From assembly GCA_965178125.1 (NCBI GenBank), contig OZ237735.1, forward strand, positions 1,426,001-1,490,000: 64,000 nt of DNA. The letters are read 5' to 3'. Under the pieces are notes generated by a model. That model was given only the letters and a program-made list of their open reading frames with translations, did no database searches and was not told where the DNA came from. The translations under genes were made by a program, and so were the position numbers. The first letter of the stretch is position 1; the number at the start of each line of letters is the position of its first letter. This stretch comes from Bilabrum cf. latius. Taxonomy: Eukaryota. This document shows positions 1 to 12,094 of the stretch, piece after piece.

Positions 1-3000
1 GGGCCGCAGGGCCAGCCGTAGTGAGGTCCACACTAAAGGAGGGAACGCCATGATCCCCTGCAGCTCCTCCTCGGATAGCCTGCCTCCCCCCGGCTCATTG
101 CTTGCCACCAACAGCGTCACCACGGTGCTCACGACTGCCTTGCCGTGGTCGATCTCGAGGCGTTCGAGGTACTGATCAAACAGAAGGGTCAGCGAGTCCG
201 GCAGCGCCTTGATCCTTGCCAAGACTTTCTCGTAGACTCCAAACACCCTGAGCTCCTCGGTGCTCACAGCCAGCCACAGCGGCAGACGAGAGCACTCTCT
301 GGACGAGATGGCATCGAGCTGCGCCGACTCCATTCGTTTTCCGTGGCGCCGAAGCATTGCAATTGTGGCTCGCCTCGCGGCCGCTTGGGTCAGTGGCTGC
401 AGCGACATTGGCGTGTATCCTCGCGCCTCGAGCGATGCTAGGCTCTCGTTCCCCTCTGTCCACGCCGACTCTCGCAGGGCATCGCTCTCCTGCTCCGGGT
501 CACTGGAAGCCACGTCAGTCCTGACAGACACAACCAGATGCACGCGTGCCGGCAGCATTTGCTTGTGTGGCAGCACATCCAGTACGGACTGGCTCGCCAC
601 AACGGAGCCCGGGCCTTGTGGTCCTGCGGCCGCTGAAGGGTTCGCCATGTTCACGCGCTGACCCAGCACCACGTCTTGCATGTCGTCTACCGCATCGATG
701 ATCAGAAGCACGGGGCGCCTGGCAGCAGCCAACTCAAGGAGACCAGTCACGATCGATCTGAGCTCGCGCGGGTCGTCAGGTAGTGGGGGTGGGTCGTACT
801 CCCACTCTTGCTCCGCCAGCAGCTCGTCTACACTCTGCGAGGTTGGAAAATCGGCACCGTATCGCGTGCGCTTCATGCCGGCAGAATCAAACGACGACTG
901 GCGCCCCCTGTCTCCGCCATCGGAGTCCTCGCTCGAGCTTGATGACGCATACTCAACGTGCTGGGCCTGCAGTGCGGATCCTCTCCTCTTCAGCTCCGGG
1001 GCTCTGCTTGTAGCACCCTGCTTGCACTGCTGCTTGGCCTCTACTTCCAATGCGTCTTGGGAATGCTCGTCCGTGGCCAGCCAGCTGAGCGCACATTCCA
1101 CCTCTCTGCCTCCAGTGGTCCGCCCGCGGATCTGCGGAGAGGGCAGACCAGGCCCGGTAACCCGGCGAAGTTCGACGCACAGCCGCTGCATGACATCGCG
1201 CACCTGCACGGAGCTGCCGCCGCCCATGCCAACTAGGTGCGTTATGACGGCCGGGGGCTCGGTGTGCAGCATACCGTCCTCGCCGTCAGCCGCTGTCCCG
1301 CTCACTGGGTCAAGCCGGTCTAGCAGAGACGGTGCTCGCCAGGCGCCCGCGCGCGCTGGTCCCACTGCCAGCTCCACAGAGCGCCTGAGCCCATGCGCCA
1401 TGGCTGCTAGCAGCGAGGTCTTGCCTACTCCAGGAGGCCCGTACATGACCGAAGCGGACGCGATGCCAATCGTCGGTCGCTTGAGCCCCCCATCCATGTC
1501 GGGAATGCCTGTGCGGCCGCCTGCTGTGCGCACATGTCCGTTCGGCTCGCTCAGCACCCGGAACCTTCCGGAGCTCCACTCGGGCGCACTCCCACCGGGA
1601 GAGCTGGGAGAGACGGGGCTGGCCTTGACCAGGTCACTCCATTCGGTTGCGTGCCAGAGAGGCACTGGCTGCGACTATGCCAGGCAGTTGATAGCAGCCT
1701 TGACCATGCTGGAACGACCGACCGTTCGCACGCTGAGCAGGGCGCAAACCTGTTCCGATGCCCGCCTGGCCTATCTCCACGCGGATGCCTCCGCCTCCCT
1801 ATGGATGGAAATCGGGCTCACACTGGTTTCAATGCTGGTCTTGGACGACTGCCGCTGCAGCATGTCAGGACCTTTGGAACTGCTGTGGCTGCTTGACTTG
1901 CTCTGGAGCAGCTGGCCGCTCGATTCCTTGATTTCCAATCGCCGCGAAGACTTCAGAGCGCCCCTGGTGCGAAGCAGCGAGGCCCGGCCGCCCCCCGCCA
2001 TCTGCCCTGAGTCGCGCCCCTCTCCGTGAGAGGAGGCCATCATCTGCGCCATCTGCTCGATGAGCGCCGGGTCTGCGCCTTGTCTCGCCCTGCGGCTCGC
2101 AACCACTCTTGCAATGGCCACCCGCAGTCTGTGCAGCACATCCTCTGCCCAGCGGGTCAGTCCGCCAATCCTCGGCTGGTGCTTGATGTGCTCCAGGTCA
2201 GACTCGAGGTGGCTCTTGCGCCGGTCTCTGCTAGCAGCTCCAGCCACTTTGATGGGAGGCCTGTACTCGCAGGGCACTTTGTCCACAAGCGTGATGTCTT
2301 TTCGCCTGTTGGCAGTCAATCGGATCCTGGTCCGAAGCTTCCGAAGCAGCTCGGCCTTGTGCTCGTCGACCGTAAACCGATAGATTGGCTTGCGCATCCT
2401 GCTGGCCGGCCGGCCCCTTTCTGCAGCAGACCCTCTCGAATCGATGGACCCCGCATCGTCGTCTTCGCCGTCCCTGCCACTGGTGCTGCCCCCACCCCCC
2501 TCCTCCCCCCCCTCCCCCTCCCCCTCCGTCTCCCTTTCCTCCCCACCCCACTCGATGCTCTCTCCGCCAGTGTCAACCCTTAGCCTGCTGCCGGTCCTGC
2601 GATCCACCGCGCTGCTGCTTGAGGAGTGCCGCTTCAATTCCCCATTACTACCAGACCCGCGAGATGCGATCTATTGTGCCCCATCGGCCTCGTCGTCCTC
2701 CTCACCACCGGCAGCGGCCCCGCTAGCAGCGGCAGTGGCAGGGGCGGTGAACCCCGCGCCCGACCCGCCTGCCTGCTCCAAGCCAGCGTCCGAGAGACGC
2801 CTATAGCCCACCACGTCGAGATCACCGTCCACAAAGTTCACCTTGTGCTCATCAGGGACCTGGTCCAGCCATGCCCCGTCCTAGATGTAGAAGATCGTCT
2901 CACGCACCCGCGCTGCCCTCTCGCTGGCTGCCTTGTTCAGCGCAGCGCGCTGCAGCTCCAGCTCCGTGATGGACCGGCCCAATGGGTACTGTCGGACCCA

Positions 3001-3474
3001 TTCCAATGGGTCTACTTCTTCTTCTTGTCCAAATCGTCTCGCTGTGTCGGAGCCGTCATTCGACGGCTGCCTCCTGTGCCCGGCGCCAGCAAATGCAACT
3101 CGCCGCGACCCACTGTCGCCGCCCGTGCCCTCCTCGGGGGACTCAAGAGCCGCTTGCCTGCTACGATTAGCTCGACTGTCTTGTGGTAAATACTCGTCTG
3201 GTGTCCAACCATATCTCTGCCCGACAATGGCAAGCACAACGTCGGCTCGGTCGATCTCCTGCAGGCACAGTTCAACAGCTCGGCCTTGTGCTGATTCTTC
3301 GGGAGTGACGCCACCCCACCGCAAGTCGACCAACTAAACGTTGACATACCAGCTGGTTCCCCACTCTTCGAGCCGAGGTACGACAGACCGGGACAGCACG
3401 GTCCGCGTGCTCTACTAGTCTCTAAATGTGGAGCTTACAAATATTCGAACGGATGTATACTCGGAGCTAGCCAT
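1..3474 (-). CDS. DUF4062-domain NACHT/STAND NTPase (TEP1/NWD1/TTC41-like), 3' end runs off the window
   Basis: From ATG 3474 it reads MASSEYTSVRIFVSSTFRD**STRTVLSRSVVPRLEEW...V*LVDLRWG...LCLQEIDR...GQRYGW, the DUF4062 signature (*=TAG at 3412, 3415, 3334). Walker A YGPPGVGKT (~1420-1445), Walker B LLIIDAVD (~685-710) and PLWLAVSTEELRVFG...LFDQYLERLEIDHG (~140-285) follow. ORF fragments 2881-3333 and 1771-2637 share this frame. Confidence 0.85.
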
Positions 3475-3662
3475 GTCTCCAGCTCAAGAACACTATAACC
3501 TTTTCTCCCTTGTAATACTTCAAGCCGGAGTTGGCGCTCGAACGATGCGTTTGAGAGATATAGTTAGCTTGCAACGGATCTTGCAGATGTGACGAGGTCG
3601 CCATGGTGCACTGCTGCGACCAAGCGGTCGCCATGCGATCACAACAAAAACCACGGCTCCTG

Positions 3663-5270
3663 TCATTTCAACAGTTTAGACCGCAACAAGGACCCAATTC
3701 TCACAGCCTCATGCAGCCTCCTCCTCCCGTCCAGCCACACCATCGCCTCAGCGTACGACTCCGGCCTCACAGGTAGCAGCTGCTGCTGCTGCCCTCTACC
3801 AGGAGCACCCCCTAGCAGGCCCGGGCCAGTTTCCCCAGCACCGGCACCGGCAGCCTAAGCGCCTACCCCAGCGCTCCTGGCTTGCTACGACCTGGCCACC
3901 TCCTTGCTGGAGCAGAGGAAAGTGAACTCGAACGTGTTGCTGGTGAAGCAGCCCCCTAGCCCCTTGGCCAGATCCACCACTTGCGTCTCCGCCCTGACGT
4001 GGCACACGGAACCGAGCACGCCGGCATCCACGCCAGCTAGAGACGAAGCCCCCTGATCGTCGCTGCCCCCCACATAAGTAACGTGCGAATCGAAGAGCAC
4101 CATGGATCCGATTTCCACGGGTCGGCTGAAGGTGATCTCGTCCGCCGCCAGCAGCAGCGGCACGCAATCAACGCCGCTCCTCGCCGCGTACAGCGACGCG
4201 TTCGCGTGCGCCAGCTCATAGGCCTGTCGCATGAGGTATCCCCCAAAGACCCTTCCTGCCGTGTTCCGCTGCTACGGCTGCATGAGAACCGTGTTGCTGA
4301 GCCGAGTGGAGCGGAGGTCGGCACATCCGGCAGACGGGGCCAATCCGGTGGAGGAGGAGGAGGAGGAGGAGGAGGAGGAGGAAGTGGAGGGCTAGTGCTG
4401 CGGTGACACCTGATCTGCGGGAGATCCCCACGCCCCCGTTGTTCCCTGGCTCCAGCGGCCCCCGAGAAGGCTGTGCAGCACGTCTGACTCTTCGTCCGAT
4501 GGCCTCCTCCTCTCCAGCGAGGCCTCTCGCTCCTCGAGTCTGCGCCGCTTGTCGTGCTCGCCTTGCTCGAAAAGAGCCTGTTCTGCTTCAGTCTCCGGCT
4601 GCAGCGGGTTCACCTGGACACCGCGGCCGTCCGGCCCCACTGCAACGAAGAGGAAGCTGCCAGTGAGGCAGGGGTCGCTCTGGGGTCGCGTGGTGGAGGC
4701 CGAGTCGGCGCCGAGCTCAAGCGCCGGCTTCTCCCCGACCGATAGGCTCACTCGCATCGAGGATTTGCCGGTCCATGATACGTTTCCAGTGAGCAAGTAG
4801 TCAACATCAGCGCTCAAGGGCCGCCTGCAGTCAATACGATCAACTGCGGCGGTGACTAGCGCATGCGGTTTCGTGCCAGGGTCATTGTCATCCGCATGGA
4901 GAAATGCCACGTTTCCAGCGAATGCATCCAGGTCTTCGAGTATTTTTGCAAACCGAAGCGATCCTCGCCAAGACAGATACTGGTCTCGGAGCTCAGGGTC
5001 GCTGGCAAGTGGCAGCTCGATTGCACAAAACGAACGCGATGGAGGCTTCGGAGAAATCTTAGACTAGTATGGCCTGTCTCGAAGAGGAGCTGCTCCAAGC
5101 TCGAGCTCGCGCCTCGATTGCCACAGCTGCTGCGTGACGGATGTCCTGGACGCAGATACAGGTGCCGCACTTGTCTGCGCACCCCTACGACTCCACCGCA
5201 GACGAGCGTAGCTCAGGCTCAGCCTGCCCGGTTTCAATCCACGAGCAAGTGTTTGTACAGATTGGTTCAT
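3663..5270 (-). CDS. ACOT9: Acyl-CoA thioesterase 9-like (double hotdog fold), probable mitochondrial presequence
   Basis: ORFs 5064-5270, 4392-4910 and 3885-4232 share a frame and are joined by TAGs. Motifs: RFAKILEDLDAFAG, LVTAAVDRID, QP*QRNTAGRVFGGYLMRQAYELA and C-terminal PESYAEAMVWLDGRRR. Ends at TGA 3663-3665. Confidence 0.9.
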
Positions 5271-5408
5271 CGTACTTCGAGCATATTAACGATGTGCCAG
5301 AGGAATGGATTTCCTGCGGAACAGTTCAATTGCCTGCGCGGCGCCCTCCAGCCAGCCCTTGTTGGTTTCATCCCGCGTGTCTTGGCCAAGCAAAGCAACG
5401 GACTCGCC

Positions 5409-5711
5409 ATGCCTAAAAGCAAGTTGTATATTGAAAGGCTTCGACGTGCGATGATCGCGAAGATGGAGCCCAAGCGATCCGCAGTTAGGGCAATCGTGTA
5501 TGACAGGCTCCAGCCCCTGCAGCACAGGTTTCGGGCACAGATGATCATGAATAGGCTTCCAGCAACGGTCGCACGCACAAGAGCAAAGAATAGATGCAAC
5601 TTAACTGGAAGGTCTAGGTCTACATACAGGAAATTTGGCGTCTCGAGAATTATGATCAGGGATTTGCAGCAAGAAGGCAGGCTCGTGGGATGGAAGAACT
5701 CCAGTTGGTGA
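5409..5711 (+). CDS. rps14: Mitochondrial-type ribosomal protein S14 (uS14), nucleus-encoded
   Basis: 100-aa MPKSK...RAKNRCNLTGRSRSTYRKFGVSRIMIRDLQQEGRLVGWKNSSW, the bacterial/organellar S14 signature; TGA stop. An alternative in-frame ATG lies upstream at 5292. Confidence 0.9.
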   Translation: MPKSKLYIERLRRAMIAKMEPKRSAVRAIVYDRLQPLQHRFRAQMIMNRLPATVARTRAKNRCNLTGRSRSTYRKFGVSRIMIRDLQQEGRLVGWKNSSW

Positions 5712-6412
5712 CTGGACGGCTTTTTGTACCTTGAACATGTGAATAGTATTGCGAGGCGAAATGAGCAGCAGTCTAATGATTCGCAATTTTGGCACGCATC
5801 CAGGAGGTAGGCCCGGACCGCGCAACACCTTGCCTCTTGCACCTCACATGCGGTTAAATTGTCACTAGCGCTGGCGGAGAACGAATTCTATTCAAATGAA
5901 AGTTACCCTGCGCCAGAGGAGCCAAGACCTGGCCCACGCAGGCCCACTTCCGCGGCTCCCACGATCTCGCCACAGCCTTTGCTGCGCGAAACTCTCTCTA
6001 TTGAGACTCAGACCAGAACGAAACACCCGGCGTTCGATGAGCCAACCACAAACTCATCGTTCAATGACCTGCTTGCTGTAACACTAGGGCGTTGCAGAGG
6101 AGCACCACGAGTAGAAAAAAGAAAACCGTCCGACGTCAACCCATTCCACAACAACCACTAGCCCTATGCATTTTCCAGTAGGCTAGAAATAGAAGTAGTC
6201 GTAGGTAGCTAAAGCAAACCCATGTTTAGCTTCGCGAGAGAGGCAAAAACAGAGGTACGAGTGATCGGGATCGAACCGACTTCGTATCGCTTACTTCGCT
6301 TACGCGAGCCCAGGGTTGACCCTAGGGTTGAATAAGTGTTTCCTTATAAGGCGATTGGGCATACCAACACCCCCCACTCGTATCATCCGAGGTGTCCAAA
6401 AATGGCAATACA

Positions 6413-6682
6413 TTAATCATCACTTTGCCATCGATAATAAGATAAAGAGAAAAATACGCCTGCAAGACCAAGAGTGGAGGCCCGATGTCCGAGCGTCTTC
6501 GCTTTCCGCAACTCAGACAGCATGTAGACACCAAATCCAGCACATCCAAGTGTGCCGGTCAGTCTGCACGAATCACAGCGCTCTACCTTTGAGATAACTG
6601 TTTCCACGAGTGGACGTGGGCCCGGTTGTCCGCTGTATTCCCTTGTGTCGCTATCCATCTTACTGGCAATAGGCTTTGCCAT
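6413..6682 (-). CDS. DMAC1/DUF4536-like small membrane protein
   Basis: CDSCRLTGTLGCAGFGVYM motif followed by a second hydrophobic helix (LGLAGVFFSLSYYRW); ends at TAA 6413-6415. Start is 6682 or 6658. Confidence 0.7.
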   Translation of the reverse strand: MAKPIASKMDSDTREYSGQPGPRPLVETVISKVERCDSCRLTGTLGCAGFGVYMLSELRKAKTLGHRASTLGLAGVFFSLSYYRWQSDD

Positions 6683-7001
6683 TATCTGATTGCCGCTACA
6701 ACACGATGCAAACTGCTGAATGCGCAAGAGTGCGCGAGAATGCCCGTACCAGAATCAAGCGCTAACGTCCCGAAAACACGAGCCAGGGATGAGGCTGCCA
6801 CGAGCTGCAGTGATAAACAAATAAGCGGCAGCCCTTTTTGCGCCACTTGGTATCGAGGTACTTGTAAATAAACTGGCCTATTGATTTCTTTCTATCGTTT
6901 GAGGCTGTTGCTGCTGTGGTTGTCGTGCGAGGGCAGCTGCGGTGGAAGCCGGAACTCGTTTCCGATGCCAGAATTGCGAACCATTTCAATAGATTGTCGG
7001 T

Positions 7002-7772
7002 ATGGCAGGAGTACCGACGGCGCCAAGCATTCCACCTCGATCTTCTAGCCCAGGCAGGGATTAGGTCTCGAAGCTGGTCCGGGGGGGCTCTCTGCGGGAG
7101 CTTATGGCAATGGTAGACGGGCCTGATTTGGGGTCGGACAGTCGGACTGCGAGGCCACCAGTAATCGACGAGGACCTGTTCGAAGAAATGCAGGAAGCGT
7201 TTGCGTTTTGCGACGGCGATAGAGATGGCAAGGTGACAACAGCTGAATTCGGAACGGTAAGCTGAATTGCTAGACCCAACCCCAAGATCCCCCAGCCACT
7301 TTGCTTCGCAAGCAACTGCACCTTTTGGCACTTTTATTTCCTGCAGATTGTTCGATCGCTTGGCTATGGCCCAACAGAGGACGAGCTGCGAACCCTCACC
7401 AGGGCAATCGATCGGTCGGCAGGCGGGACCCTCGATTTCCCTACATTTGTTGAGCTATTTGCGAATAACGTCGTCCCTAGAATGCGAAGACATGCTAAAC
7501 ATGTAGATTCCGTGCGGAAGGGCTTCACAACGTTCATCAAAACGTGTAGATCCACAGAGCCCGCAGCTGCTCAAGCCGACCTGGATGGAATGGCACCAAC
7601 GCGAATCGAAAAGATTTCGGCGCGTGATCTAGAGCGTCTGATGACAGAAACGGGTGATAGGTTAGATGCCTAGGCATTCTCGTACATGTTTCGGGTGGCT
7701 CCACCTGACGAGGATGGGATGGTAGATTGGAGCGCGATCGTCTCTGCAATGGAGAAGGGCGCTAAGCGCTGA
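7002..7772 (+). CDS. Calmodulin/myosin-light-chain-like EF-hand protein; intron 7257-7346
   Basis: EEMQEAFAFCDGDRDGKVTTAEFGT|IVRSLGYGPTEDEL...GTLDFPTFVEL...TGDRLDA*AFSYMFRVAPPDEDGMVDW. A 90-nt GTAAGC..CTGCAG intron restores the calmodulin ELGTVMRSLG-like register. Internal TAG at 7671; TGA end. Start could be 7104. Confidence 0.85.
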
Positions 7773-7858
7773 TATTTCGGTGACTTGAATCCATACCTGC
7801 GTATCTTTCTGCACTGCATCACCCTGCATTGATCGCAGCTCCTGAGGTGCTTCGCTTG

Positions 7859-10800
7859 TCACGCTTGTCCCTCCAAAGAATCATCGCAAGGGCGAGCACC
7901 CGAGCAGCTGCTCGTCCTCGCCCGCTTCAGCAGGGCCTGCGCCTCGCCGCGAGCTGCTGTCCGCAGCCTGCACAGCTGCTGAAACGCCTTCGTCTCGACA
8001 TCCTAAGCCCCAGCCCCTGCATCGGCTGTGCCGCCGCCCCTGCCTTCAAGGCCCGCAGCACGTGCGCCCACCCCGGCTCCCGCCCCCAGCGCAGAGCGAG
8101 CACTCCTCGAGGCCGTCCGCATCAGCGCCTCCACGCCCTCGCTCAGGTGCAGCCCGCTGCCGCTGCCGCCGCTGCCGCTCGCATCCCTTGCTTGACCCTT
8201 CCCTGCATATGCATCTGCATCTGCATCTGCATCTGTCCCGGTGGCAGGCCCAGCCCCTGGTCGCGCCCTCTTCCTCTTCATGCCAGCCACAGCATTGGGG
8301 GGGCGCTCTGCAGAGGGCGTGGCACCTGCACCTGCACCTGCACCTGCACCTGCACCTGCACCTGCACCTGCACCTGCATGCCCTGCACCTGCACCTGCAC
8401 CTGCACCTGCATGCCCTGCACCTGCACCTCTCGCCTCGCCCACTCGCTCGTTTTCATCCCCCATCGACTCCAAGACAGCCTGCATGAGCGGGCTGGCCTC
8501 CCCTCTAGCACACGCATCGGCCAGGTCGAACATCGCCTAGGGAGGCCACACCAAGCTCCCGTCACCACACTCGTGTGGCCCAGAAGAACCTCGTGACGAT
8601 GAAGCCTCCTCCACACCCTGGCCAACAGAGCTGACAGCTGCAGCCGCCCCGCGGTCCTGCCCAGCGGCAGTGGCGGTGGTCTCGTCAGCAGAGGCGGTGG
8701 TCTCGTCAGCAGAGGCGGTGGTCTCGTCAGCGTCAAATCGCACCATCTCCAGGGCCCGTCTTCGCACGAACACAAGACCGAGGGGGGGCTTGGCTGCCCT
8801 CGCTGCCGACTCTATCTCGCTCATGGGGGTGCGCTGCTCCACAAGCCTCCTCGTGACCTTGCCGGTCTGCGCCCCTCTGCCGACCTACTACTTCTTCTTC
8901 TTCTTGTCTTGCTTCAACGAGTTGCCCCCGCTCCCAGATGGCCCTGCCTCTGCCCCGCCCGCAAAGCTGCTCGCCCACTTGGACTCCTCCTGTCGGACTC
9001 TCAGGCAAAGTTTCAAGGACGTCTCCACCGCGGCTGCAGTCATAAATGATTGCGTTTCGTCGCCTTGCCCACCTCTCTTCGACGAAGCTGCCACATGCAC
9101 ACCACCTGCCCCCACAGCTTGCACGCTGCTCTCATACTCACCACCTTTCGCTACAGGCTCCTGTGATCGCGCTGCCGATCGCCTCGCGATAGACAGCGCC
9201 AAACTTGGTGCCACTGCCTTGATTACCTGCGTGGCAGCGACGGCGAGCATTGCCCTGCGACTGGCATCCATGGCCACACTGCCGGAGCTAGAAGGTGCTG
9301 CTGCCGTACCACTTGCTGCGAGTCCCGAGATTGACGCGGCCGCCGACGTTGACGATGCAGCCTACTCGCCTGGATCCTTCAATTGCGGCTGCTAGGCACC
9401 GATTCCGATGAAATGCTTCGGCACTGCGAGTGCACCCGTTGCGGTGGACCGACGAGCCTCTCTGCCTGGCCTGTCACCCTCTCCGCCAGCGACTCGTCCG
9501 TCCTTAGGATTCCCCTTGCTAGTCGAAGCGGTGATCTTGTGCTCTCCTGTCTGCCGTGACATAGCCACCAGCCTCTCTGGGATCAAGAAGCGAGCCAAAG
9601 GGCCCCCTTGACTGCCTAGCATATCCCGTGCACGCGGTATCGAGTCGCCCACAGTCCCCGCCGCTGCCATCGTGTCGAGCATAAGTCGGACTGCATCCCG
9701 CAAGTGAGCAACCAGATCCTTGAAGAACTAGGGCGCCACCTGCTCGACGAGCTCATCCGTGGGCGATCGGCACACGAGAGGCACAGGCACGAAGCGAAAG
9801 CTGCTCGGCGGCTAGACACCCGTGCTGCTTTCTGATGTTGCGCGACCTACCGCCTTTGGCACAAGATCGAACAGGAACTGCCTCGCTGGTTCGTTCCTGT
9901 CTGCAGGCACCCACGGAATGCAGACCCAGCCTTCGTCCTCCTCTTGCATGCCCGAGCAGTTCGGATCCCCGGATAGCCCCTTGCTGCCCGTGCTTAAACT
10001 CTGCTGGGGACCAACAGATGCTATGTGCCTCAGCATAGCGTGCTCTACTCCTCGCTCCAGCACCCTGCACGACATCAGGAATGTGTCCACCACAGTGCAG
10101 CCTCCACTGATTGCAGACACACTCTGAGCAGTACCAATCGAGGATGCCGCTGTGCTGCATGATTTTGAGGTTTCTTGCGCACTGCCGGGTTGAAGCTGCA
10201 CTGGTTCGTTGCGAACGAGTGCCATAGCGACTAGGCCATAGTTTCCGAACCGATCCGTCACGTCGGCAAGAAAGCAGCTGTGCGAGGCTTGTGTCGTCGT
10301 GCCACCTGGCGACGTCTCCTGCAGCACCATCCTTCTCAATTGCGCGAGGGATAGGGGGTGCTTCGCGATGTTGAGTTGGTTGGTGCGCAATGTGAGCTGC
10401 GCAGCCCGCGGAAGCAGCGACTCCGTGGACGGTTCGATCCTGTGGACGTCGATGCGCAGGTGCAGGCTGGCCAAAAAAGCCGACCTGGAGGGTGCCTGCC
10501 TCCTCGCCGATGTTCTCTTCTCCATGTCTTGGTACAGCTTCGTGCGGCAGAGATCTTCGCTAGTCCGGCCGACTGCCGCTACGTCGGAGGACACCACAAC
10601 AGCATCGGCACTGCTGCTGCTGCTGCTGCTCGTACTGCTTGACCTTCCACCGGTCGATTTCTATTGAAGCACCGTGCCGGACTTGTACGGAATGGCCATG
10701 TATGGATGCGCGCAAAGGAACACAGACATGGCATGCTGACTGGATGAGTACGCCAGGGACAAGTCTGTCGTGCTTGGACTGCGGTCGTGTCGGTCAGGTC

Positions 10801-12094
10801 CGGTGGCCCCCTTGGAACGTGTTGTTGATGAGGAGGCTCCTTTGGCGCGGGGTGGTGGCGGCAGCTGCACCGTTCTCACAGCGGGCATTTGCACTCCCAT
10901 CGCAGCGCACTCAACGGGCGAGTCGTCCACGAACGCGAAGTGTTCCTCGGACAATGCAAGATCCCTACACAGCTGCTGCAGCACGCCTGGCTTGGGCTCC
11001 CACGAGGCCCTCACCGCCGCGATGTGTTCCCCGAGGGACAGGCCCATTGCTGCTGGGTCGATGCCCTCGAACGCACTCGTCACGTCGCTCGCCTCGTTCT
11101 TGCTGATGAGCGCGCATACGTGCCCCTGGCGCGCCCTGCCTCGCAGCCATGCCCTCACCAGCTGGTACCTCGCTGACCTCACGTCCACGCCGCTGGGGCC
11201 CAGCTCGCCGACAGCGCCGCCCCACAGCGTGTTGTCGCAGTCGCAGGCGATGCCTTTGAGAGGAGGGGCGCACGCCTGGGCGATCGCTATGCACACTCTG
11301 ACGGCTACCTGTGCCCATGCCCGATGGGTGTACGGGCTGTGGGAGGTGACGGCGCTGCCGATGTCGTAGAGCTTCTCTGCCTCCGCAGCGGCCGCAGAGG
11401 AAGGAACGGCCGTCGAAGGTGGATAAAACGTGGAACTTGTCATGACTCGGACCCATTTGTTAGTTTGATTTTTCCACCCAGCCCAGCCTTGCTCCGCAAA
11501 AGACTGCAGCGGCGGCTGCGCACCTGGCTCCCGAGCGACTGCTGACTGAACAGACGCCTCAGCGGCTGCATGATCCGGTATTAAGCTGCCCTTCAACAAC
11601 GCTGGACGCTAGGGGAGAAACAATACGAGCAAAGGGGCATGCCCACCATAAGTAGCAGCCTGCTCGTATGCTCTCGAAGCCTTGGACAACTGCGCTGCGG
11701 CCGATGAGATTGTGCTGGCTCCTTCTTTGTGAGACGGTACAGTGAGATCAAGTGCGACTGAATCCCCCTTTTGTGCCTCAGCAGCGGCTCCACGCGCCAT
11801 CTCGCGTGAGCTACCATCGATGCTTGCGGTTTGTTTGGTCTTGCGGCTTGGCAGATCCCGAACCTCAGGGTGCACCACTGTCAGGTCCTCTAGCTGTACC
11901 AGCAAAACATTTATCGCATTTAGGGTCGATTGAGTTGGAAATACACCAAGAGGATCCTAGGAGAACTGTGTTGCGCAACCATACGGCAGCCAGTTGTACC
12001 GCGTCTCAAGTGTTTGCAAGCAGTTACCGAGAATATACTCTAGTGCCGGGTCCAACGGGCTGCAGTCACACGTACACGCAATATTGATTTCCAT
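7859..12094 (-). CDS. FkbH-like protein (N-terminal region + HAD-IIIC phosphatase + GNAT-like domain) with low-complexity C-terminus, ~1,410 aa
   Basis: Seven ORF fragments share one frame and are joined by TAGs. Motifs: KGIACDCDNTLWGGAVGE, SKNEASDV, WEPKP, FVDDSPVEC, RAAQLTLRTNQLN, DRFGNYGLV, DTFLMSCRVLERGVEHAM. ATG 12094; TGA 7859. Confidence 0.85.
8322..8428. repeat. (GCACCT)n hexamer array encoding Ala-Gly repeats in the FkbH-like tail
   Basis: Visible tandem GCACCT units with two GCATGCCCT interruptions. Confidence 0.9.

Noticed and set aside
680-2029. 449-aa + strand ORF and similar long antisense ORFs (e.g. 37476-38846, 60966-62159)
   Set aside because: These are Ser/Ala-rich shadows of real opposite-strand genes in GC-rich DNA and carry no motifs.
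5760-6170. 100-aa + strand ORF 5859-6161
   Set aside because: Non-ATG start and no recognisable motif.
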